A DNA stretch of 61,650 nucleotides, counting the filler, from Choristocarpus tenellus KU-1152 (lineage: Eukaryota > Protista > Phaeophyceae): NCBI GenBank assembly GCA_964200185.2. It is 9 parts of 9 records of this genome, joined end to end, with 100 filler letters (N's around TTAATTAATTAA, not from the genome) between each part and the next. Parts side by side here need not be neighbours in the genome. Positions count along the whole stretch, not along the records: positions 11,411 to 15,421 come from CAXNAD020016679.1; positions 15,522 to 27,199 come from CAXNAD020002187.1; 7 more parts are not named here. One strand, written 5' to 3'. The notes beneath the pieces were generated by a model. It was not told the DNA's origin. It saw nothing but the letters and a program-made list of their open reading frames with translations, and did no database searches. Made by a program: the position numbers and the translations under genes. Below are positions 12,952 through 24,549 of this stretch, piece by piece. Positions within the stretch are counted from its first letter, which is position 1. Every line of letters starts with the position of its first letter.

Positions 12952-14647
12952 ACTTGCTCGGGGGTCCTCTTGATCTAGCCTTCCTCGTCTTGTCCCCCAG
13001 CCTCAGGTTTCTTCATTCAATTCAATACTGTTCATTCCTTCTCCCCTTGTGCCTCCGTCTGCCACCTATTTTCTTAACCACTCAATCTTAACTCTTCGTT
13101 CCTTCCTTGATATTTTTCTGTACTGTCCCCTTCCTTGCCCTCTGCCCCCAACCCATTAGTGTGAGCGATCAGGGAGAAAAGGAAATGCTTGAAGGGCTTG
13201 TGAGGACTCCCCAAATCTTATCCCAATCCACAAACCAGACAAAAAAAAAGGGGGAGGTTCCGTTTCTTTCGTTGTGGGGATCACCCTCTGTTTAAGCATG
13301 AAACGGAATGGCATAGCGAATGAAGTGATTAGAGACCACGAGTATCGAAGGTGGAAAAGCCGAAATGGGTGTCCAGTCCCTTGGGAGGGGAATAACTAGG
13401 TCCATTGGATATACGAACTCACTCCGATCGTCGTTCGAGACGCCAGCCAGGAACCCTACCTATGATCGATGGCGATATAAACTAGCCACCGAACATCACA
13501 TATTGGTCTAAGGTACAACAATCACGTACCATTCTGTAATGCAAGCAAGGCCGTTGCGGTATCGATCGTGTACAACACGCCCTCGTAGCGGATGTCCTTC
13601 TTGGAGATAAGGCTTATGCGTGACCCAATGAGGGGTATACCCCCATCTTGCGCCATGCCCACCGGCTTCGCAATGTAGCCGGTTGGGTGGAAGTAGAGCA
13701 AGGGGAACCCCCCCCGATCTCCTGTCCCTCAAGTAGTCTTTAAACAGTGCCTTTAGATGGTGTGGAGTAATGGAGGCGTTGTTGTAGGTCACATGATATA
13801 AGAAATATAATATTATATATTAGAAGGAAAAAGAAGGGTGATATAATATGGGATAGTTGAAGTACTTCAAACACAAATAGCGGTAACATCAAATAATACT
13901 ACTACAAAATGTTAGAGGGTATAATTATAAAGTAGTACTTTGTTTTGCTCACGAATTCTGGATTATTATTACTATTTTATTCTACATTTGTATTCCTCCC
14001 TATTCCCTTTTCTCCCTATATTCTAACAACCCTTGCGACCAACCAGTGCAACTTCTTCGCCACTGATTTCCAGTCACCCCCATATCTGATGAACAACCAG
14101 GGCGAACCCCCTTCGCCCCTGATTTCCAGTCACCCCCCCTATCCGATGACCAACCAGTGCGACCCCTTTCGCCACTGATTTCTGGTCTCTACAACCCCTT
14201 TCAACCCCACTCAACTCCACTCCAGTTACCACTTCAGTCAACCCCACCCCACTTACCACTCCACCACAACAGTCAACACTACTCCACACCACTCCATCAT
14301 CATCCAAGAACACCCCTTCATCATCCACTTCATACCGTGCCTTTGAGCTAGAAGACATCTACCCCGCCCGAACTTGACCTCCCCTCCCACCCTGATATCC
14401 AAGTCGGTCGTGAGCAAGCGACAGGGCGGGTGGGCGAGAAAACTTGCTTGGGGGTCCTCTTGATCTGGCCTTCCTCGTCTTGTCCCCCAGCCTCAGGTTT
14501 CCTCATTCGATTCAATACTGTTCATTCCTTCTCCCCTTGTGCCTCCGTCTGCCACCTATTTTCTTAACCACTCAATCTTGACTCTTCGTTCCCTCCTCAA
14601 TATTTATATTTCTTTACTGTCCCCTTCCGTGCCCTGTGCCCCCAACC
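12952..14647. repeat. About 200-bp high-identity direct repeat pair (12952-13153 and 14442-14647)
   Basis: acttgct(c/t)gggggtcctcttgatct..ccccaacc is present twice, about 1.3 kb apart. Confidence 0.85.
14037..14188. repeat. About 55-bp tandem repeat, about 2.7 units
   Basis: gaccaaccagtgc..ttcgccactgatttccagtcacccccc..tatc(t/c)gat is repeated. Confidence 0.85.
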
Positions 14648-15085
14648 AACCAGAATTCTTCCGCCCACAAAACTCAGATTACTTCATAAACTTTCTCATT
14701 ATTTTCCCTTTAACATTTTATAGATGTGTTAAGAGGAAAGAACAATGATTATTCTCGTAACGATGAACATTTGTTGATCCCATCTTACCTGTTTCGTTCA
14801 TCTGTCTGTCAGCTCCAGGACTCCACCTGTTTCATAGACGGAGAGAACAAGAAGACCAAATAGATGTATTTTCAAGGATGGTCAACCATGGACAAACCTA
14901 AAATTATATTTCATATTATTTTCATATTATTACGGAGAGGAGGAACATTTTGCTGATGTCGACGAAGAAATAAGGATTAAAAGTAATGATCGAAAAACTA
15001 TTGCTTCTACTACGTTCCAAATTATTAGCACATAGTACAACACACTATCCATAAACAAAACAGGTATGACAACACGATACATTTA

Positions 15086-15421
15086 CAGGGGGACAGGTAC
15101 GACAGCACACTCCAATGGTTAAACATCTTCACCAATTATACAAGGGGATGGGCATCCCTTGCACTACGGAGGATGGTAGCCCTTTCACTGTGGACCGGAA
15201 TCTCTGCATGGATCTGGTGTTCCACGCAGGGGCACTAGCAGACGCTGGAACAGCTCCCTACAGGGACAAAGGTCTTCTGCTGGACGTCACCTTCGCAGAG
15301 GTACAGGCAACCTCCCACCTCACCAACTCATCCACCAGCAATGGTGTAGCTGCTGCTGCAGCTGAGGCGCGAAAGCGCACCCACTACGAGGGCTCCTTTG
15401 ATCCTCATAGTTATAACCTCA
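15086..15421 (+). mobile_element. Non-LTR retrotransposon fragment, restriction-like endonuclease (RLE) domain, CRE-like
   Basis: MDLV..LLLDVT..AAAAAEARKRTHY..SFDPHSYNL fits the PD..D..K..Y pattern of an RLE domain. 5'-truncated and cut by the linker. Confidence 0.7.
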
Positions 15422-15594
15422 NNNNNNNNNNNNNNNNNNNNNNNNNNNNNNNNNNNNNNNNNNNNTTAATTAATTAANNNNNNNNNNNNNNNNNNNNNNN
15501 NNNNNNNNNNNNNNNNNNNNNCCCCTGCTGTACTGCCTCCCCTAACCCCCAACCTCAGGAATACCCTCATCAACATTGCAACATAAGAACTCAC

Positions 15595-18015
15595 GCTGAA
15601 GCCTGCTGCACTCTTCCACCCAGCGGCTGTGGACTATAGCAATGGTGCTTCCCCATGCAGGGTTTGTAGCCGCCTCGTACTTAGCTCCGGAAGGCTCCTG
15701 GGTGGAGGACAGTAAGGGGACAAAATGAACTTGTGCTAATCACATCCCCAAGGGTTACCATAATGGATGCGTGATTTGAGAGCAGCAGTGCTGGGGGAAA
15801 AACACCCCTTAAGATAAGGTGCTTATCTACTGTCTTGAAAAAGACCCATTTCCCCCTCACCATAGCTTGTACCAGCCTCAATGATCAGTCTCAGGAACCT
15901 GTGTCTATCAGACGAGCTCTGTTTCTTTCACCTCAATGAACATGGCCTTTCATATTTGTAGCGCGTGTGCCATATCCCTCCAACTTGACTGTATTTATTC
16001 CCCTACCTTGATATCAATAATGACATTTTGTAGACTACACATGTACTGTAACTTCTTTCAGGTCATGTTGTACTGTAACTAGTACAAAAAAGTGCCAAGA
16101 TTACTCTCTGCTTTGCCTGTCCAGTTCCCCACCCACCCATCCCCATCCCCAATATCCACCTAATGGAGAGACCAAGGTACTAAAGGGCATGCCTGATTTC
16201 AATGACAAAAGCCATCCTACACAAATAACGCAACCCCTGCTTTATCGTGTAACCCTAATGATACGGAGATGTGCGGAATATACGCTACTTGGGGTGTACT
16301 TTCAAAACACTTACTGCTGCTGAAATAGTGTGGGGCTAATCTTCTCCCTATCCTTTCTCTTTCTAAAATTTCGTCCCTCCTCATCAACCTCACCCCCCCA
16401 TCCCCAGTCCCCTCCCCCAGGTAACTGGATGCATCTCTCACCTCAGCTACAAGGTGAGTGGTACGGCACGCCTCCATACCCCCCATATATTCCCCACCAC
16501 ACTTGATGATCAGTGCCCTCAGAGTGTCCCGTCGTTCTATTTCAATTTCCCACATCACCCAAGCGATGAGGATGCAGTGGTACAAAAGTGGGGAAGGGGG
16601 AATGAGGGCGACAGATTGTGGGATGGATTACAATTGGCCCAGAGCTCTTGGTAAGGCCAGGACAGCAGGTATGGTGATTTTAGAATGATAGTATACTCTT
16701 AACAAATTGCACACGCTTTGCTCCCACACAAATTTAAGAATGTTGCATATTAACATTCTCCCCTCAATGCAACACCTCTCTGACCCTGGTCCCTTCACTT
16801 CTTACAATAAAGTGTCCAAAAAAGTAGTCAGCAACTACCCTGAACTGCAAACAACCAACCAGCATGCTGAGCCAACACACTGAGCCAGCACGTTAAGATG
16901 CCATGTTATGGCAGGGGAAGATCTGGACAAATAAATATCTTTGACACTAAGAGTGGAAATAGGAGACCAGCACTCAGCACAAGAATCGGAAATTGTAGTG
17001 TAATAAAATGATGGGTATCTGGAGAAGCGAATGTGCTGACCTAGATAGGATAGGGCATTCCTCTTTAGAGCAAAAGAGTTGCTTACATTTTCTCATTGCA
17101 GCGATCAACGTTGTTCCTGTTCACAACTCCACACTCACCAACTCTACGTCCGTCCTAACTGACAGCCTCTCGACTCACCGATTGGTATGCCGGTGATGGT
17201 GATGCACAGCCCAGCGAAGGGAGGTATGGCATAGTCCTCACACTTTAAGCACTTGCCCACCTGCCAGCTGTCCAGTAACCACTGGAGACGCACCAACTCG
17301 ACACTCTGGAATGTTATCGGGCAAGTGAGATGAGTAGGTGGTAGTGAGATTAAGAGGTTGTCCAATCAAGCTAGGCATTTGCCCCGCAAAGTGGCGTTAG
17401 GATTCCTGGCGAGAAGGAGAATCCTCGTGGCTACGAGATTTGCTGGGTCCCGAGTGGGCTACAGAGACGCAAGGATGGGGATACTCGCCTTCATTTTAGT
17501 CGCAAATTTGTACTTCTCTGTGCCTGTGGTCCCTGCCACAAGGTGTGTGGTCTTCAGGGTAAGGTTGGCATCGTAGGTACCACCCATGCCCTCCACCTTC
17601 TCTCTAACAGTCTCCTGCATTGTTCAGAGAGAGTCAGAATGAGTCGAGCATGCAGGGCATGATGAGAAAGAAGACTGTTTCTTTAGTTGTCTCACGGAAT
17701 GGCAGGTTCGGGCTGAGAAAGGCTGTAACTTGATGGTCGTGAACATGTGTTAGGCTACGCTTCCTGTGTCCTCCTAGTGCTCATTTTCCCCCATTAACTC
17801 CACCCGCGAATCTCGCTGCCTGATCTCGGCAGAGATTGAGGACGGCCGGGCTTGAAACCCTTTCTCCTATTGGCCTCTCTTAGTCGTTTGGTAAACCGCA
17901 CTCTTACCTTGAGGTTTACATCCAAACCAGTACAGGATACAATGGCTCCTTCCAGGACTTTGGAAGTTCTACTCCCACGCCTGGCACCGCGAGCTCTTCC
18001 CTGGCTTCGCCTCAT
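15595..18015 (-). CDS. TOPBP1: TopBP1/Rad4/Dpb11-like tandem BRCT protein, 5' five exons (truncated by contig end)
   Basis: Exons 18015-17908, 17614-17489, 17305-17179, 16536-16442 and 15697-15595 splice in frame: VLEGAIVSCTGLDVNLK|ETVREKVEGMGGTYDANLTLKTTHLVAGTTGTEKYKFATKMK|SVELVRLQWLLDSW..YAIPPFAGLCITITGIPI|ERRDTLRALIIKCGGEYMGGMEACRTTHLVAE|EPSGAKYEAA..IVHSRWVEEC. These are two canonical BRCT domains joined by the PPFxGLxI linker typical of TopBP1 BRCT1-2. The BRCT call is firm; the orthology is inferred. Confidence 0.82.
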
Positions 18016-18371
18016 TCAGGGTACGTTGGGTTTCACTTCTTGTTGAGTGTGAGTTACCCAGTTACCTGTGCAACCTACCTGCCTATACCTCCAGATATTG
18101 CAACCACACCGTTTGGAAAACAGCTCTCCCACCTCTCCGTGATGCTCTGATCATTTCCTTGTGCACTCAAGCACAAAGAGCACTGAAAATAGAAAGGGCA
18201 AACTCTAGCATATTCACCCCCCAACACGATTGAGTTCAATTTGTTGAATACCAAACTTTCAAATACTATTTGGGGGAGGTAAAACTGTTTCCATTACATA
18301 ATAGGATACACTTTCAAAGATTAGTATTTAGCGACGTCAGGTGAAAGGAAGGATACGTCCACCTATCGCTA

Positions 18372-18562
18372 ATGGTGCCAACCCTTTATGGAAGAAAGGC
18401 ACAGCCCGTGCAGTCTCATGTCTCGTACCGGCAACTTCGGAGTGACGGTGGAGATGATCACCTCGATGATCAAAGTTACGATGGCGACTCTGACGACGAT
18501 GTCCCATATTCATCTCTGGTGGAACCACGAAGTATTTGGCACGAGCTGTGGTTAGCAATGAG
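18372..18562 (+). CDS. Putative first exon of an unknown gene, divergent from the BRCT gene
   Basis: ATG at 18372, open acidic frame (..DGGDDHLDDQSYDGDSDDDVPYSSLVEPRSIWHELWLAM) ending at a strong AG|GTGAGT donor. Downstream exons were not identified. Confidence 0.4.
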
Positions 18563-20380
18563 GTGAGTGTTGTTCCTTCTACGAGGTGTTCTAAAAAGCA
18601 GCTTCCAACCCACTACTAAGGGTTCAGAATATATATGAAGGAAGTCCATCAGTAACAGCGAGCATTCCAGCATCCCAAAATTATTGTCCATTCTCGAGTC
18701 ATCAAGGTTTGTCAAGAAACTGCTGCAACCGAAACAACACTAGGCGTCTTTCCACGCATCAGGTCAGGGGTGTGGTTTATTTTCCTTGCCACAGCTGTCG
18801 CGGCGTTAGCAACAGCTATTATGGTTGTACACAAAACCAATCGCGGGGACAGGTTCGGCGAGAATCAACGACAAGAGCAATACAAGGTACGTGAGTTCAT
18901 CCAAGGAGATTAAGCTCGAGGATTCGCCATACATTGAAGGCGTAGAAATCTATTTAGTTTGGCGACCGTCACAATTGCACAACGTACAGAAGCTAACTCA
19001 GGTCTGTTGTTGCATTTCACTGCTTATGTGGTGAAACACCTCCAGGCTAGACGGATTCCCCCTGACGATGAACAGCTGACTTTGCACGACAAGTGGATGC
19101 GAGCAGGTAGTCAAGTCGCCTCAGCAGTTGAATGGCTGGGGACAGGGTCAGTACACTGTCTGGGGAGTCAAAATCTTAGAGAGTGGACATGATATCATTC
19201 TCACTCTGTCTTGAATACCTAGAAAACGCCTCACAATGAAAGTGTTCGTACACATGAACCCTTTTTCGCCTTCAAGGGCTGGTGCAGTACCACCCCACAA
19301 TCCAAACGTAACCCGATGAGTGGAGGTATTTTCAGGTCTGGAAATCATGAGCGCTCAACACAGATGTCACCACAGACAGAGTTGTATTTGTAACATTGTG
19401 GTGCAAGTGCTCAGGGATGCAAAGTCACAAGTCATCAAATCAGACTCCTTGATGTGGTCTCAAGCAAGGCTTACATTATGGGTACAGACCATGATTGCTT
19501 CCCCTACACATACACTCTGAGTACATGCATGGTACAATGTTGTTATGAACAGGTCACCAACACTTCTTCAGCACCACCACCCCTTTAACTCTGAACCTCC
19601 CGTGTTGTGCTCCTGGGATGAGCTCACAGCTACAACTATCCATATTGGGCAGCAGATAGTAACCCTTCAGGGCTTAAAGCACGCAGGAAAAGAGGGGCAC
19701 AAGAGGTTACCCCTTCAGTTCTACTCAGGAATTCACTTTGGGGTATCTGCATGGGATGAGTGGGGTGAGAAGGTGATAATGCAGCACTTTGTATGCAGTG
19801 TCCAATGATGCACCTATACAACCAGCCAATTCTAACACCCATTGGGAGCGTTATGATAGAAGAAAAAGAGGCAGGAAGACCATTCCTTCAAGTCCGCCAT
19901 ATATTTCTCACCTTTGAACCTAGCTGGTATCGATTAACCATATGATGTAGCCCATCAATTTCTTCATGTTGCCACAGTCGCAGAAGACCTTCCTGACTGG
20001 AATACTCTGAGTGAGTCACACATCTGGGTGCTTTGTCATCCCACAAATCTAACTCTTGCCACTTCTATAGATGCCTATCCCAGCATCTGTGGCATCAATG
20101 TACTGGTAATTCACGCTTGCAGGTTGGTCGTCAGTCTTAACAAGGAATTATCTCGATCGAAAATAACTCAATGCATTACAAACTTTGTCAAAGCATTCTC
20201 AAATACTATGCTACCAACGCTGGATGATGGGAGTACTGGGCACTCTATTCCATGTGAAGCCATTTAACAGGATGAAGCTAAACCAGCTTGTTGGAGGTTC
20301 CGTTATGTGTGATGCTCCAGACACTTCACAGAATATTTTACCACCCTGAGTGCATCGAATATGCTTCTCTATACCGAATA

Positions 20381-20567
20381 GACCCAAAGTATCTCTGTGT
20401 GTGTGGGGGGGGTTATCTACACTAGGGTGTGTCCATTTGGACCAAAACCAGGAAAAGTGCACTTTCATTATCCATCTGACGTGTGCAACCAAATTATCCA
20501 AAAATCGCGACATGAAAAAATTGACCCCAAATGGACAGCTGCCACCGCCCCCCAGATACTTTGGGTC
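20381..20567 (-). mobile_element. MITE family B, complete
   Basis: GACCCAAAGTATCT...AGATACTTTGGGTC. TSD aata/aata. Confidence 0.9.
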
Positions 20568-21591
20568 AATATTCCTCATGTTGTCAAGCCCAGTCTATAA
20601 ATAGAACAGTAACCTCAACTCAAACACTGTCTATCCATGTGAAGGGGTAAGCCACTCTAAACATTGTAAGAAAATTAGGAGCTGGTTGAAGGGGGGATTG
20701 GAATATATACCGCTCCTTAATTGCAAAATGGGCAAAGAGAGCATGATGCAGGCTTGCCAGTGTATGCATGCCTACTACAAGGGGACGAATTTCATTGAAA
20801 TTTCATACTCTGATAGAAAAAAAGCACAAAGCACACCCTCATCTCTTGTGGCTGTGGCATGACAGGTCCCATCCCATCCACACTACGATACCGCTATTAT
20901 TGTAATGAAGATGTCCTAATCGCTATCAAAATGGTGGTCTCTGAGAGGTTTAAAAATTTCCAAGTACTGGAGTATGCATTAGCATCAAAACAGAGTGAAA
21001 TAGAGATTAAACAGATATTCTGTTCGGAATCCAGGACAGGGACCAATTTGGCAAGCCCTTACTTGCATTCTTGATCATTTCTTCCTCCTCAAAATACTGA
21101 CTACTCCCATCACGATACAATATCCTCTGTGCACATACTGTTGGTCACTCCGTCCTTACCAAGCTGGATGATCAAGAAAACCATGAGAGGAATGCTCGCC
21201 TCAAGAAGATCCTAGAGGGTCTAACACCCAAACCTTCTGCTGTTTATGACACGTAAGAAAGAAAAAAAAAGAAAGTTACATACTCAATTCATTATATATG
21301 CACACAATTGACCTAACTGTGCGTAAACTAGTCAACTGTAGAAATGGTAAGGAGGATCTTAGCAGTGTAGAGCATTTTCATGGGTGGGCTTCAAAGCTTG
21401 AGGTACTGGGATATGTATTGTTAACCATCAACATTTGTTTGAACAACAAAACAAGTACTTCTCTTTGACAGCATAGCTACCCTCCCTACACACTCTCTAC
21501 AGACTTGCAGCAAAGAGGGGCTTTGGGTCTATTTGTGTAACCAACTACATGAAGTATGTAGGAGGACCAGAAGAGACTTGAATCGCCTTTT

Positions 21592-21851
21592 GAGTGAATG
21601 TAACTTGGAGGGTGCGAGTTTTCCCTGCTTGTCCATTTGGGGCTTTGCTTGCCCCACATTTTTTTTAATGACATTTTTCCTCCTCCGAAATTTTTCAGAG
21701 TAGGTAAAATATATACATTATGAAAAGGTGTGTCCGGAACAAGGATATTGACACTTCCCAACAAAAATGATAGTCAAAATTACATCAAAATCGAAACATT
21801 GGATTTTGGCCCCAAACGGACACGGCTCTACCCTCTGAGATACTTTGACTC
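21592..21851 (-). mobile_element. MITE family A
   Basis: TIRs present, TSD ttt/ttt. Confidence 0.9.
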
Positions 21852-23251
21852 TTTTACCATGCAACCACACAGAGGCCAAGCAAAAAACTTTACAAAAATC
21901 AACCGCAAACTACATAGTGCACTAGTAAATACCCTAACCCTAATCCCAAAATGGTACTACTGTCACTAGACAACTTCACTCAAGAATGCATTGTGACAAA
22001 GTGACGAGTTTTCTATTTCCGTCACTCATAATAGGACGTTTGAGGAGGCCAAAGGGTTCACTGTGGGGTACACCACGGAGAGTCTTATGCACCAAACAGG
22101 GAGGGCTGTGCACAGCAGGAAAAACCCAGTGTGGACGGTGGCAGAGGAGGGAGTTATGAGATCTGCCAGAGAGTTCCAGCAGGTGATCTTTGTCTTCTTG
22201 TGCGTGTGTGCCTCCCGACCATGTCTGTATACATCTAAGGATGAGAACACCAATGGGTAATTTCATTGGTGCACTTGATTGATCTTGTTTTGAGTTCTTC
22301 TGTGCCCTCACCACAGTTAATCAGTCACCACATAGCCTTGTCTTGGTAATGGTGCCAGATCATATGTTACGGTTTCCAATGGAATATAAAGAAGGATGAC
22401 AAAATCGACAAGTGGATGGTCTGCTGATCCCAATCCACCAATGCACAAGAAGCAAGACACATGAACCTTGGTAGGTGGGGATGCAACCTTCAAGAATCAA
22501 AACAAAACAAAAAATTAATTTAAAACTTGTTAATTAGGAATCATATTAAAACCTGGAATAGTAAACACGCAACAACATAATATTTAATTTTCTTTATGTA
22601 TAAATAAATACTTAAAGTTAAGAATTAATTTATGTTACATGACATAGAAGAATCAATAGAAGTATTTTTATTTTTTCAAGAGATTCAACCACAGGTCAGA
22701 CTACTAGTCTAGGCAAAAACAAAGACAAAGCAAACGGCCCAAGTTGCAGAGCTTGTCGATGAATGCAACAGGTCCGATTTTACTCACAATTCTGATTTTT
22801 TTTTAGGATGGATGTGGTGCAACACCACTTAGAGACAGGGATGGTGGGAAATCATAGATTCAATCAAGGTTTCATTGGCATCTCAAACATCAGGGTGTCC
22901 TGCTTGTCTAAACCCTTTTCACAGTAGCACTGCAGTAGAGACAAGGAGGCACATGAAAGGAAACAGACCTGTCCAACCAATGGTGCTTGCAAGTTTGCAT
23001 TCCAGTCACTCTGCTATTATCAGGGTGTGCTGTGCTATTGGTAAAGCATTGTCATAGTCCAGAATAGGTGAGAAATTATACCTCCTGCCTAACCTTGGCA
23101 TATAGAGGGAAAATATGTAAACAACCTGGCAATAGTAGAGTGGGATATAGTGTGAAATGAAGGAGTCAGGAAGGAGTCATACTTCATGCAAGGATAGGTG
23201 ATGAATTGGCAATCTGAAGCAGACTCTAGGTTTTGAAAATTAAAGGATCAT

Positions 23252-23510
23252 GAGTGAATGTATCTTAGAGGGTACGATTTCTGCCCTGTTTGTCCATTTG
23301 GGGCTTGGCTTCCCACGGGTTTTTAATGACATTTTACCTACTCCAAGATGTTCCGGAGTAGGTAAATTGTTTAAATTATGAAAAGGTGTGTGCGGAACAA
23401 GCATACTTACACTTCCTAACAAACATGATAGCCAAAGTTACATCAAAATTGCAACATTGGATTTTGGCCCCCAAATATACGCGGCTCTACCCACTATGAT
23501 ACTTTGAATC
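23252..23510 (-). mobile_element. MITE family A
   Basis: TIRs present, TSD cat/cat. Confidence 0.9.
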
Positions 23511-23935
23511 CATACAATCAGCAACACATCACACTGTGTGAATGAGGTCTTAGTGAATGAGTGAAAGTATCTTAGTGAATGAGGTCTTAGTGAATGAGGT
23601 CTTAGTGAATGCTTTGTGTGTAATGGCAGTTGAGAGAGAGAGGGAGGGTCATCGCTAGGGAGGTAATGATCATGATCCTCGTTCTTTACAACTAGAGTTT
23701 TATTTTTATTCAAGGCCAAAACTATCACAAAACTATCACAAAACTATCACAGGGTGGGGAGATTGCCGAGGCAGTGAGGATGGTAACTGTTACTTAGTCG
23801 TGGGAACATGACAACTGGAGATTGATCTGCGATATATATATATATATATATATATCTGTGAGCTGGGTCAGGAAAGCTAACATATTCAAAATAACACTGA
23901 CAGGATCTATCACTGTTGTCAAGATGTGCAGCAAT

Positions 23936-24194
23936 AACCCAAAGCATCTAAGAGGGTAGGCCGTTTGTTTGGGGTAATAAATCTAATGTTGTGATTTTGA
24001 TGTAATTTTTGCTATTGTGTTTGTTAGGAAGTGTCAATATCCTTGCTCCGCACACACCTTTCATAGTCGTATAGATTTTAGGTAACTGTGCTCACACAGA
24101 AAACCGGGAAAGGTCATAAAATATTTTTGGGAAGTCAAGCCCCGAACGGACAAATAGGGCAAAAATCCTTTAGCCCCCTTAAATGCTTTGGTTT
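23936..24194 (+). mobile_element. MITE subfamily A2 (diverged)
   Basis: AACCCAAAGCATCTAAGAGGGTAGG...TTAAATGCTTTGGTTT. Flanks aat/agt. Confidence 0.8.
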
Positions 24195-24287
24195 AGTAGT
24201 CAGGTCATGATTTATAGGAAAGGAATGCCTCCCTAGAGGACGAAAATAACCTGGGGTTCTTCTAATAGATGTGTGTTCTATGCCTTT

Positions 24288-24549
24288 GAGTCAAACCATC
24301 GTAGAGGGTAGAAGAGTTGTGTCTGTTTGGGGGCCAAAATCCAATATTGCAATTTTGATGTAATTTTGGCTATTGTGTTTGATAGGAAGTGTCAATATCC
24401 TTGTTCTGGACATATGCATGGTATCTACTCCAAAACCTGTACAGTTAACATTTTTGGGTATTAGGGAAATATCATAAAAAACGAGTGGGAAGCCAAGCCT
24501 CAATCAGACAAACAGGGCAAAACTCATACCCTCCAAGATACTTTCACTC
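24288..24549 (+). mobile_element. MITE family A
   Basis: GAGTCAAA...AGATACTTTCACTC. TSD ttt/ttt. Confidence 0.88.
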
